32,000 nt of DNA from Cupriavidus necator (GTDB lineage Bacteria > Pseudomonadota > Gammaproteobacteria > Burkholderiales > Burkholderiaceae), in assembly GCF_016127575.1 (NCBI RefSeq), contig NZ_CP066018.1, positions 3,120,001-3,152,000 of the forward strand, given 5' to 3'. Positions 20,601-30,394 of this stretch are shown in pieces (positions within the stretch are counted from its first letter, which is position 1; the number at the start of each line of letters is the position of its first letter). The position numbers and the translations under genes were made by a program. A model generated the notes under the pieces. The model worked only from the letters and a program-made list of their open reading frames with translations. It made no database searches and was not told the origin of the DNA.

Positions 20601-21878
20601 ATGTCCACCGCCGCACTCGATCCCACGCGCAACCCTCTTCGTCATGACGCCCAGGTGATCGGGCTGGTTGGCCTGGCTCACGGGGTCTCCCACTTCTACC
20701 ACCTGCTGCTGGCTCCGCTGTTCCCATGGATCAAGGCGGAATTCGGCCTGAGCTATGCCGAGCTGGGCCTGCTGATGACGGTGTTCTTCGCGGTCTCGGC
20801 GGTGGTGCAGACCGCGTCCGGCTTTGTGGTCGACCGCTTCGGCGCGCGGCCGGTGCTGTTTGCCGGGCTGGCCTTCCTGGGCGCCGCGGCCTTGCTGCTG
20901 TCGACCAGTTCCGGCTACGCCGCGCTGCTGTTCGGCGCGGCCGTGGCGGGGCTGGGCAATGGCGTATTCCACCCGGCCGACTTCACGCTGCTGAACAAGC
21001 ATGTGTCGCAGCCCCGGCTGGGACACGCGTTTTCGGTTCACGGCATTTCCGGCAACCTGGGCTGGGCGGCGGCGCCGCTGTTCCTGGTGGCGATCGCCAA
21101 CCTCGCCAGCTGGCGCGTGGCGCTGGCGGCGGCCTCGGCAGTCGCCTTTATCGTGCTGGCCGTGCTGGTAGTGCTGCGCCATGTGCTGGACCCGCGCGAA
21201 GTGCAGGGCGCCGTGGGCCGGCCCGCGGCCAAGGCTGCGGCCGGGGTGGCCACATCCGGCGGCAGCGTGCTGGGCTTTCTGCGCCTGCCGCAGGTGTGGG
21301 TGTGCTGGGCCTTCTTCCTGCTGACCACGTTCTCCGCGGCCGGCATCCAGAGCTTTGCCCCGACCGCGCTGACCTACCTGTACGGCATGCCGTTCACGCT
21401 GGCGACCGCGTCCTACACCATCTACATGCTGTGCAGCGCCGGCGGCATGATAGTCGGTGGCTTTGCCGCCGGCCGCACCAGCAACCATGACCGGCTGATC
21501 GCGGTGAGCTTCACGGTATCGGGGCTGATGGCGGTGCTGGTCGGGTTGAACCTGGTGCCGGCGCTGCTGGTGCCGGTGCTGATGGGCGTGATCGGCTTTG
21601 GCGCCGGTACCGCCGGGCCGTCGCGTGACCTGCTGGTGCGCGCCGCCGCCCCCGCCGGTGCCACCGGGCGCGTCTATGGCGTGGTCTACTCGGGCCTGGA
21701 TATCGGCCTGGCGTGCGGCCCGCTGTTCTTCGGTGCGCTGATGGATGCAAAGCTGCCGGCCTGGGTGTTCTTCATGATCGGCGGTTTCCAGCTGCTGTCG
21801 ATCTTCACCGCGGTGACAGTGGGCAACGGCAACCGCTCGCGCCGCGGCGCGGCGGCGGGCCAGGCGGAGGCCGCCTAG
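20601..21878 (+). CDS. MFS transporter (425 aa, 12-TM type)
   Basis: Hydrophobic repeat architecture. The N-terminal motif is GLAHGVSHFYHLLLAPLFPWIKAEFGLSYAELGLL, and an MFS loop-like GFVVDRFGARP is present. Confidence 0.85.
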   Translation: MSTAALDPTRNPLRHDAQVIGLVGLAHGVSHFYHLLLAPLFPWIKAEFGLSYAELGLLMTVFFAVSAVVQTASGFVVDRFGARPVLFAGLAFLGAAALLLSTSSGYAALLFGAAVAGLGNGVFHPADFTLLNKHVSQPRLGHAFSVHGISGNLGWAAAPLFLVAIANLASWRVALAAASAVAFIVLAVLVVLRHVLDPREVQGAVGRPAAKAAAGVATSGGSVLGFLRLPQVWVCWAFFLLTTFSAAGIQSFAPTALTYLYGMPFTLATASYTIYMLCSAGGMIVGGFAAGRTSNHDRLIAVSFTVSGLMAVLVGLNLVPALLVPVLMGVIGFGAGTAGPSRDLLVRAAAPAGATGRVYGVVYSGLDIGLACGPLFFGALMDAKLPAWVFFMIGGFQLLSIFTAVTVGNGNRSRRGAAAGQAEAA

Positions 21879-21935
21879 CCCGGGCCGGGCCACCCAAGCA
21901 CCGCCTTCCGAATTCGATTGCCTGAGGATGCTTTC

Positions 21936-23675
21936 ATGTCAATGACGCCGGCCAACACCACCCAGCCTGACGATCCCGAACACGGCACGCCGCTGCCGGG
22001 CGGCCATATCCTGGTCGATGCGCTGCTGGCGCACGGCGCCGAGCTGGCCTTCGGCGTGCCGGGCGAAAGCTACCTGGCCGTGCTCGACGGCTTCCACCGC
22101 CGCCGCGATCAGTTGCGCTTCATCATCTGCCGCCAGGAGGGCGGGGCCGCGGTGATGGCCGAGGCCTACGGCAAGCTGACCGGCCGCCCCGGGCTGGCCT
22201 TCTGCACGCGCGGGCCGGGCGCCACCAATGCCAGTATCGGCGTGCACACCGCCTTCCAGGACTCGACGCCGATGATTCTGTTCATCGGCCAGGTCGGCAC
22301 CGACTTCATGGACCGCGAGGCCTTCCAGGAAATCGACTACCGCCGCATGTTCGGCCAGATGGCCAAGTGGGTGGCGCAGATCGACCGGGTCGAACGCATC
22401 CCCGAATACATTGCGCGCGCCTACCAGACCGCCACCTCGGGCCGTCCGGGCCCGGTGGTGCTGGCGCTGCCCGAAGACATGCTGGCGCAGACTGCGGTAG
22501 TGCCGCAGCTGCAGGCCTACCAGCGCGTCATGAGCTGGCCCGGCGAGGCCGACCTCGCGCGGCTGGCCGAGATGCTCGACGCCGCCGAGCGTCCCTTCGT
22601 GCTGGCCGGCGGCAGCGGCTGGACGCCGCAGGCCTGCGCCGACCTGCAGGCCTTTGCCGAGCGCTTCGCGCTGCCGGTGGGCTGCGCCTTCCGCGGCCAG
22701 GACCTGTTCGACAACTGCCATCCCAACTACGCCGGCGATGTCGGCATTGGCATCAACCCAGCGCTGGCCGAGCGCGTCCGCAATGCCGACCTGGTGCTGG
22801 CCATCGGCCCGCGCCTGGGCGAGATGACCACCGGCGGCTACGCGCTGATCGCCGCGCCGCGGCCCGCGCAAAAGCTGATCCACGTGCACGCCGGCGCCGA
22901 GGAGCTGGGCAGCGTCTACCAGGCCGACCTGATGGTCCAGGCGTCGATGCCGGCCATTGCCGCGCGCCTGGCCGGCCTGCAGCCCACGGCCGAGCCGCGC
23001 TGGCAGGCGTGGACAGAAGCCGCGCACGCCGACTACGAACGCTACCTGCAGCCGCCCCCATTTACGGGACAGGGGGTCGACATGGCCGAAGTCATCCGCA
23101 CGCTGGACCAGCTGCTGCCGGCCGACGCGGTCGTGACCAATGGCGCCGGCAACTACGCCGGCTGGCTGCACCGCTATTTCCACTATCGCCCGTTCACCAG
23201 CGGCGGCCGCGGCCAGCTGGCCCCGACCAGCGGCGCGATGGGCTATGGCGTGCCGGCGGCGGTCGGCGCCAAGATCGCGTTCCCGCAACGCACCGTGGTG
23301 GCGTTGGCCGGCGATGGCTGCTTCCTGATGAATGGCCAGGAACTGGCTACGTCGATGCAATACCAGGCGCCGGTGATCTTCATCGTCGTCAATAACGGCA
23401 TGTACGGCACCATCCGGATGCACCAGGAACGCGAATACCCGACCCATGTCTCGGGCACCGAGCTGCACAACCCCGACTTTGCCGCGCTGGCGCGCGCCTA
23501 TGGTGCGCGCGGCGCCACCGTGACCACGACCGAAGCCTTTGCCCCGGCACTGCGCGAGGCATTGGCCGCACCGGTATCCACGCTGATCGAGATCCAGGTG
23601 GACCCGGACGTGATCACGCCGCGCACCACGCTGAGCGCCATCCGCGCGCAGGCGCTGGCCAGCCAGCAACAGTGA
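21936..23675 (+). CDS. Thiamine-diphosphate-dependent enzyme, acetolactate-synthase-like (IlvB/PoxB superfamily)
   Basis: ATG 21936 follows GAGGA (21924-21928). Has the N-terminal PYR domain (GVPGESYLAVLDG...CRQEGGAAVMAEAYGKLTGRPG), the ThDP motif GDGCFLMNGQELAT...VNNGMYGTI, and no recognisable small subunit nearby. Confidence 0.85.
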   Translation: MSMTPANTTQPDDPEHGTPLPGGHILVDALLAHGAELAFGVPGESYLAVLDGFHRRRDQLRFIICRQEGGAAVMAEAYGKLTGRPGLAFCTRGPGATNASIGVHTAFQDSTPMILFIGQVGTDFMDREAFQEIDYRRMFGQMAKWVAQIDRVERIPEYIARAYQTATSGRPGPVVLALPEDMLAQTAVVPQLQAYQRVMSWPGEADLARLAEMLDAAERPFVLAGGSGWTPQACADLQAFAERFALPVGCAFRGQDLFDNCHPNYAGDVGIGINPALAERVRNADLVLAIGPRLGEMTTGGYALIAAPRPAQKLIHVHAGAEELGSVYQADLMVQASMPAIAARLAGLQPTAEPRWQAWTEAAHADYERYLQPPPFTGQGVDMAEVIRTLDQLLPADAVVTNGAGNYAGWLHRYFHYRPFTSGGRGQLAPTSGAMGYGVPAAVGAKIAFPQRTVVALAGDGCFLMNGQELATSMQYQAPVIFIVVNNGMYGTIRMHQEREYPTHVSGTELHNPDFAALARAYGARGATVTTTEAFAPALREALAAPVSTLIEIQVDPDVITPRTTLSAIRAQALASQQQ

Positions 23676-23723
23676 GGCCGAGCGGCCCGACCGGATACTT
23701 TCTTGCCTATCAGGAGACCATCG

Positions 23724-24221
23724 ATGAAGCCTGTCACCACCGACCTGTGCGACGCGCATGAAGACCGCCTTGCCGACGGCACCCTGCGCGTGATGGCGCC
23801 GGTGTTCCGCGCCTTCGGCAAGCAGGGCGCCTTTGCCGGCCCCGCGGCTACGCTCAAGGTGTTCGAAGACAACTCGCTGGTGCGGACCGCGCTGGAAGCG
23901 CCGGGGCAGGGCCGCGTGCTGGTGATCGACGGTGGCGGCTCGCTGCGCTGCGCGCTGGTGGGCGGCAACCTTGGCCTGCTGGCCGAGAAGAACGGCTGGG
24001 TCGGCATCGTCGTCAACGGCTGCATCCGCGATACCGCCGAGCTGGACGTGTGCGACATCGGCATCCGCGCGCTGGCCGTGCATCCGCAGAAAAGCCAGAA
24101 GCGCAACGTTGGCGAAAGCGACGTCGCGGTGCAGATGCCCGGCGCAGTGGTGCGCCCGGGCAACTGGATCTACGTCGACGCCGACGGCGTGCTGGTCTCG
24201 GACGAAAGGCTGGGGAACTGA
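23724..24221 (+). CDS. rraA: RraA family protein (RNase E regulator / HMG-CHA aldolase-oxaloacetate decarboxylase fold)
   Basis: ATG follows AGGAGA (23712-23717). [16 protein letters not shown]...[21 protein letters not shown]...GESDVAV parallels E. coli RraA as recalled. Confidence 0.85.
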   Translation: MKPVTTDLCDAHEDRLADGTLRVMAPVFRAFGKQGAFAGPAATLKVFEDNSLVRTALEAPGQGRVLVIDGGGSLRCALVGGNLGLLAEKNGWVGIVVNGCIRDTAELDVCDIGIRALAVHPQKSQKRNVGESDVAVQMPGAVVRPGNWIYVDADGVLVSDERLGN

Positions 24222-24223
24222 GC

Positions 24224-24640
24224 ATGCCGCGCGTCTTTGTCTACGGCACGCTGCGCGCCGGCGAGGTCAACGACCTGAACGCCGCCGCGCAGCGCCACGG
24301 CATTGCCGCGCCCACGCTGCTGGGCACGGGTACGGTGGCCGGCAGGCTCTATGACTTCGGCACCTATCCCGGCCTGGTGCTGGACGCCAGTGGCGGGCCG
24401 GTCGTGGGCGATCTCTACGAGATCGCCGACGCGCTGTTGCCGGTGCTCGACGAGATCGAAGAGGTTTATCCCGGCCAGGCCACGCTGTTCGTGCGCGAGG
24501 AACGGGCCGTGTTGCACAACGGCCAGCCAGTCGCCTGCCTGCTGTATCCGGTGGCCGAGTCCGCGGTGGCCACGCTGCCGCGCATCGACAGCGGCGACTG
24601 GGTGGCCTATCGCCGCGCACGCGATACCGCCGCGGCCTGA
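24224..24640 (+). CDS. Gamma-glutamylcyclotransferase (AIG2/GGACT-like) family protein
   Basis: Starts 2 nt after the rraA stop. Has the MPRVFVYGTLRAGEVN (YGTL) signature, ...GRLYDFGTYPGLV... and LDEIEEVYP. Confidence 0.8.
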   Translation: MPRVFVYGTLRAGEVNDLNAAAQRHGIAAPTLLGTGTVAGRLYDFGTYPGLVLDASGGPVVGDLYEIADALLPVLDEIEEVYPGQATLFVREERAVLHNGQPVACLLYPVAESAVATLPRIDSGDWVAYRRARDTAAA

Positions 24641-24662
24641 GCCCCGGCTCGTTTCAAACGGA

Positions 24663-24695
24663 CGGCGCCCATTCGCGGCGCCGTTTGCTTTTGCG
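24663..24695 (+). terminator. Probable Rho-independent terminator after the GGCT-like gene
   Basis: CGGCGCC (24663-24669), loop CATTCGC, GGCGCCG (24677-24683), followed by TTTGCTTTTG. Confidence 0.55.
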
Positions 24696-24722
24696 TAGCA
24701 TGGCCGGCGATGACATCGAACA

Positions 24723-25691
24723 ATGGAATCGACGGCCATGAACGCTCCGCAATCCCTGCCGCCGCAGGTCTTCCCCCGGCAGTGCTTTATCCACGCCGGC
24801 GACGTGCGGCTGTGCGCCACCAGTTGGGGCGAGCCCGGGCCAGGGCGGCCCACCATCGTCCTGGTGCACGGCTATCCCGACAGCAGCGAGGTCTGGCACG
24901 ACGTGGCGGCGCAGTTGGCGGGGCGCTTCCACGTGGTGGCCTATGACGTGCGCGGGGCAGGGCGCTCAACCGCGCCGCGCGCGACTGACGCTTACCGGCT
25001 GCAGAAGCTTGCCGATGACTTCATCGCAGTCATCGACGCGGTCTCGCCGCAGCGCCCGGTGCACCTTGTCGGCCATGACTGGGGTTCGATCCAGAGCTGG
25101 GAGTTCGTGACCGATGCTCGGCTGCAAGGGCGCATCGCCTCATTCACCTCATGCTCTGGTCCCTGCCTGGACCACGCGGCAATCGGCTTGCGCGAACTGC
25201 GCGGGCAGCGGTCGCTGGCTGCGTTGGGCAAGACCCTGCGGCAGCTCGCAGCATCGTGGTATATCGGCGCCTTCCACCTGCCGTGGCTGCCTGAACTGAC
25301 CTGGCGGCTGTGGCTCGGCCGTGCGTGGCCGCGCTACCTGCGCCTGACCGAGGGCCTGCGCACGGGGCCCAGCCCCACACAAACAGCCGACGGTTGCCAT
25401 GGTGTGCGCTTGTACCGTGCCAACTTCGTGCCCGTACTGCGTGCCCCGCGCCACTGTCATGCCCATGCGCCGGTGCAGGTGATCGTGCCGTTGCATGACC
25501 GGTATGTGAAGCCGGCGCTAACTGAAGACGTGCACCGCTGGACCACGCAACTCTGGCGCCGCACCGTGCCCGCGCACCATTGGCTGCCGCTGGCCGACGC
25601 CCAGGGCTTTGCCATCATGGTGCGGGAATTTGTCGAGCATATGGAAGGGGAGCCGGCCTCACCGGCGCTGCTGGCCGCTCGCCTGCGCTAG
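24723..25691 (+). CDS. Alpha/beta-fold hydrolase (epoxide-hydrolase/haloalkane-dehalogenase-like subgroup)
   Basis: IVLVHGYPDSSEVWHDVAAQLAGRFHVVAYDVRGAGRS, with nucleophile elbow VGHDWGS (Asp nucleophile type). The start is uncertain between ATG 24723 and ATG 24738. Confidence 0.8.
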   Translation: MESTAMNAPQSLPPQVFPRQCFIHAGDVRLCATSWGEPGPGRPTIVLVHGYPDSSEVWHDVAAQLAGRFHVVAYDVRGAGRSTAPRATDAYRLQKLADDFIAVIDAVSPQRPVHLVGHDWGSIQSWEFVTDARLQGRIASFTSCSGPCLDHAAIGLRELRGQRSLAALGKTLRQLAASWYIGAFHLPWLPELTWRLWLGRAWPRYLRLTEGLRTGPSPTQTADGCHGVRLYRANFVPVLRAPRHCHAHAPVQVIVPLHDRYVKPALTEDVHRWTTQLWRRTVPAHHWLPLADAQGFAIMVREFVEHMEGEPASPALLAARLR

Positions 25692-25712
25692 CGAAGGCAG
25701 CGCATCCTGCGC

Positions 25713-25816
25713 ATATTTCACGATGTGGAAAGATGTTTTGGACCGCAAAAATACATGGTTTGCGGAGCACAAGGCCATTTCTCATGATGGAAGATCATTT
25801 CCCGCATCGTGAAATA
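25713..25816. promoter_or_regulatory. Perfect 12-bp inverted repeat pair bracketing an AT-rich 80-bp spacer in the aceA upstream region
   Basis: TATTTCACGATG (25713-25724) and its exact reverse complement CATCGTGAAATA (25805-25816). An inner inverted repeat CCGCAAA-N9-TTTGCGG lies at 25743-25765. A possible sigma-70-like TTGTTG-N18-TACACT lies at 25877-25906. Confidence 0.45.
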
Positions 25817-26026
25817 AAATCTATAAGCCATTGAATTATTGTAAGAAAAAAACTAAGCGAGGACTGCAGATCAATGTTGTTGCAACGCGGGAGGGTTCTC
25901 TACACTCTTATATAAGACTCATGACATGAGGCGCGAAAAACAGCAGGCGACGCAGCCACCGCGACGTAGCCCAGGTCAGGTGATCAACAGATTCTCAGCC
26001 ATCCCCGCATCATCAGGAGAGTGACC

Positions 26027-27322
<1,296 letters not shown>

Positions 27323-27402
27323 CTCTCCTGGTCACCCCCGCCGGAACGTGGGTCCGGCGGTTAAGGAAGGCGTGCGACCATCACGCCTTCTGATTTAGGC
27401 GC

Positions 27403-27440
27403 CGCGCCGTTCTCTCTCAGGGACGGCGCGTTTTTTTATT
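27403..27440 (+). terminator. Rho-independent terminator of aceA (third of three consecutive hairpins)
   Basis: CGCGCCGT (27403-27410), a 12-nt loop, ACGGCGCG (27423-27430), then TTTTTTTATTTT. It is preceded by the hairpins CCGCCGGA/TCCGGCGG (27338-27360) and GAAGGCGTG/CACGCCTTC (27366-27390). Confidence 0.85.
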
Positions 27441-27922
27441 TTCCAATGCTGGGGGCGGGTTAGCGGGTAGCTGTTCAACGGGTGTTCAAAACTCAAACTC
27501 CATGCAGAGTTACCGCCCAAGCCTGGCCGGGTTCACGCCGGCTATTTAGAAGCCTGACGCGGGACAGGTCAATGCCCGCATCTTCCAGAGCGGCGCGCAT
27601 TCTCAAGTTATGTGTGCCGCCCCTTTTGCTTCGTGCCTTACCGCCTTTTCAATTCTTCACAATTGGAAAGTTCTGAAGCGTCAGCGCAGTCCATGTGTCC
27701 GCACGTCTTTGCGGAATAGGGATCCTAACGCGATTTCAGTCTTGCTTAATTCTGTTTTCAGGCGTTTTGGGCTGCGTAATTAGGAATCGTCTGATTTATT
27801 CCCCACTTCGCTGCTCCTATTATCGAGGCCGCGTTGCTGCACTCTCATTGGCTGGTCGATGGACGACCGAGCCACTGGCTGCTGACGGCGGCGACAGTCC
27901 ACTTTCCACGGAGCGTGATTGC

Positions 27923-30373
27923 ATGGGTAGCCGATTGCGGTTTTCCTTCCGTACCGTCACCGTTTCCGGCGACGGTCTGCCGGAACTGTTGGGGCAGCCA
28001 TTGCTGCTGTTCTCCAAACTGTCCGGCACCGAGAGTATCAATTCCCTGTTCGAATACGAACTGGAACTGAAGACGCCCGACGAACGCAACGTGCTATACG
28101 GGCCGGCGGGTGACTTTGATATGGAGGCCATGCAAGGCAAGGAGTTGACCGTCAGCATCGAGCTGGACGGCTCCGGCACCGGTCCGGATGGCGGCTTCGG
28201 CAGCGGCAAGAGAGAGATTACCGGCCTCGTCACGGACGTACGCGGCCCCTACTACGAACACGAACGCATCCTGTACCGCCTGACCCTGCGCCCGTGGCTG
28301 TGGCTGGCCACGCTCACCAGCACCATCCGGCCTTATCAGAACATGACTGTGCTGGAAATCGTGGAGGCGGTGCTCAGCAAATACACTTTCCCGGTCGAGC
28401 GCCGCCTGCTGGATAGCCAGTATCCCAAGCGCCGATTTCAGATGCAGGCCGGCGAGACGGACTACCAGTTCGTGCGCCGCCTGCTCGCGGAATGGGGCGT
28501 GAATTTCCACTGGGAGCATTCGGACGGCCACCACCGCATGGTGTTGACCGATGGCAATGGCGCTTTCCGGAATATCCCCAGCCCTGCCTACCATGCCATT
28601 AGCTGGTATCCATCCTCGGACCGGGCGGACGAGGAACACCTTCACGAATTCGAGGTGCGCGACCGGCTCGTCTCGGGGGCCTGGGCGCAAGGCGATTACG
28701 ACCACAACCAACCGCGCGCCGACCTCAATGTCTGCGCCGCCGACCCGCGCGACACCAGCCACGCGACCTATGAGCTGTATCACTGGCCGGGCGATTACGC
28801 CGAACCCAAGAGCGGCAACGATGCCCGCAAGGAAGGCGAGATGCTGGCGCGCATCAACATGGAACGCCTGCGGCAGCACGGCGTACGGACGCGCGGCAAG
28901 GGTAATGTGCGCGCGATGGCGTCGGGCCATACCTTTACCCTCAAGCGCTTCCTGCGCACCAAGGCCAACTGCGAGTACCTGATTTTCGCCACGCGCCTGC
29001 TGATCGAGGACGTGGGCGAGTTCGCCGGCAGCGGCCAGTCCTGGCGCTGCGAGGTCGAGTTCGAGGCGCAGCCCACTAGCGAAATCTTCCGGCCTGAACT
29101 GGTCGAAAAGCCCTACATCGGCGGTCATCACAAAGCCAGGGTCGTCGGCCCAGCCAATCAGGAAATCTGGTGTGATGACCTGGGAAGGGTGCGCTGTCAA
29201 TTCGTCTGGGACCGCTATGGCAGCTACGACGAGAATAGCTCCTGCTGGATTCGCGTCACCGGCTTCTCCTCCGGCGACCGCTTCGGCAACACGCACCTGC
29301 CTCGCATCGGCCAGGAAGTCATTGTCAGCTATGAGGGTGGCGACCCGGACCGGCCCATCATCATGGGACCGGTCAATAACCGGCTGAACCTGCCGCCGTG
29401 GGATCTGCCGAGCCAGCATGCCTTGTCCGGCTACCAGAGCAAGGAACTGTTCGGCGAAGGCCGCAACCACACGCTTTACGACGATACCCAGGGCCAGCAG
29501 CAGGTGCAGGTCGCGTCGGACCACCAGAACAGCCTGCTGGCGCTGGGCCACAACGTCCGCGTCAACGATTGGGAGGGGCGCAAGGACAAGCGCGGCGAAG
29601 GCTTTGAGCTTCGAACCGATGCGCATGGAGCACTGCGTGCCGCACTCGGCATGCTTATCACCACCTTCTCGCGCCGGAACGCCGAAGGCAACATGATGAA
29701 TGTCAGCGATGTCATTCAACTGATGCAAAAGGCCCTGGATATCGCCAGCACCATGGGCGACAAGGCGACCGAGGCGCAGGCGCAGGATGGCGAACAGCGC
29801 GACATTGCAAGATTGCTGGAAAAGCAGTTTGAGCAAATCCAGGGCGGTGGCGAGCTGAAGGAGTTCACGGCGCCGCACCTGGTATCAGCGAGCCCCGCTG
29901 GCATTGTCTCGACCGCAGCGGGTTCCACGCACATCGCCAGCGGCACGCATACTGCGTTGACTACCGGGGAGCACCTGTCCGTGACCACGGGCGGGGGCTT
30001 CTTTGCCAGCATTCGCAAGGCACTGTGTCTGTTCGTATATGAAGCCGGCATGAAGCTGGTTGCCAACATGGGCGACATCGACCTGCAAGCTCTCAAGAAC
30101 AATATCAACCTGTTGGCAAAGCTTGAAATCAACGCCACTGCCGGGAAGATCAGCCTCAAGGCAAAGGAAGTGCTGCTCGACGGCGGTGGCAGCTACATCA
30201 AGCTGAACGAAGGCGGCATTGAGAACGGCACCAATGGCGGGTGGATCGTGCACGCGGCCAGCAAGAACCTGACCGGTCCCAGCAGTCTTCCGGTGGAGCT
30301 AAAGGCGAGGCAAGTCTGCCTGGAATGCCTGCTCAAGGCGGCCGCACGCAATGCCGCCGTGGTTCCTCGATAA
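27923..30373 (+). CDS. vgrG: Type VI secretion spike protein VgrG/TssI (gp27-gp5 core + DUF2345 + short C-terminal tail; 816 aa)
   Basis: ATG 27923 follows GGAG (27910-27913). N-terminal motifs are LSGTESINSLFEYELELKTPD and YRLTLRPWLWLATLTS. The gp5 OB-fold is GQEVIVSYEGGDPDRPIIMGPVNN. A DUF2345-like beta-helix follows, ending GGSYIKLNEGGIENGTNGGWIVHAASKNLTGP. The track's 27695 start covers low-GC, non-coding-looking sequence. Confidence 0.93.
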   Translation: MGSRLRFSFRTVTVSGDGLPELLGQPLLLFSKLSGTESINSLFEYELELKTPDERNVLYGPAGDFDMEAMQGKELTVSIELDGSGTGPDGGFGSGKREITGLVTDVRGPYYEHERILYRLTLRPWLWLATLTSTIRPYQNMTVLEIVEAVLSKYTFPVERRLLDSQYPKRRFQMQAGETDYQFVRRLLAEWGVNFHWEHSDGHHRMVLTDGNGAFRNIPSPAYHAISWYPSSDRADEEHLHEFEVRDRLVSGAWAQGDYDHNQPRADLNVCAADPRDTSHATYELYHWPGDYAEPKSGNDARKEGEMLARINMERLRQHGVRTRGKGNVRAMASGHTFTLKRFLRTKANCEYLIFATRLLIEDVGEFAGSGQSWRCEVEFEAQPTSEIFRPELVEKPYIGGHHKARVVGPANQEIWCDDLGRVRCQFVWDRYGSYDENSSCWIRVTGFSSGDRFGNTHLPRIGQEVIVSYEGGDPDRPIIMGPVNNRLNLPPWDLPSQHALSGYQSKELFGEGRNHTLYDDTQGQQQVQVASDHQNSLLALGHNVRVNDWEGRKDKRGEGFELRTDAHGALRAALGMLITTFSRRNAEGNMMNVSDVIQLMQKALDIASTMGDKATEAQAQDGEQRDIARLLEKQFEQIQGGGELKEFTAPHLVSASPAGIVSTAAGSTHIASGTHTALTTGEHLSVTTGGGFFASIRKALCLFVYEAGMKLVANMGDIDLQALKNNINLLAKLEINATAGKISLKAKEVLLDGGGSYIKLNEGGIENGTNGGWIVHAASKNLTGPSSLPVELKARQVCLECLLKAAARNAAVVPR

Positions 30374-30394
30374 ATAACCAGGAACAGCAGCTCG

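Noticed and set aside
27482-27676. A 64-aa + strand ORF in the vgrG leader, as a possible small T6SS-associated protein.
   Set aside because: It has no SD. Its composition is Arg/Pro/Leu-rich and non-protein-like. It lies in the lowest-GC non-coding stretch and spans the palindrome at 27645-27670.
28094-29878. A 594-aa minus-strand ORF inside the T6SS module.
   Set aside because: It is antisense to the clearly recognisable vgrG gp27/gp5 region, has no motifs, and its composition is typical of antisense translation.
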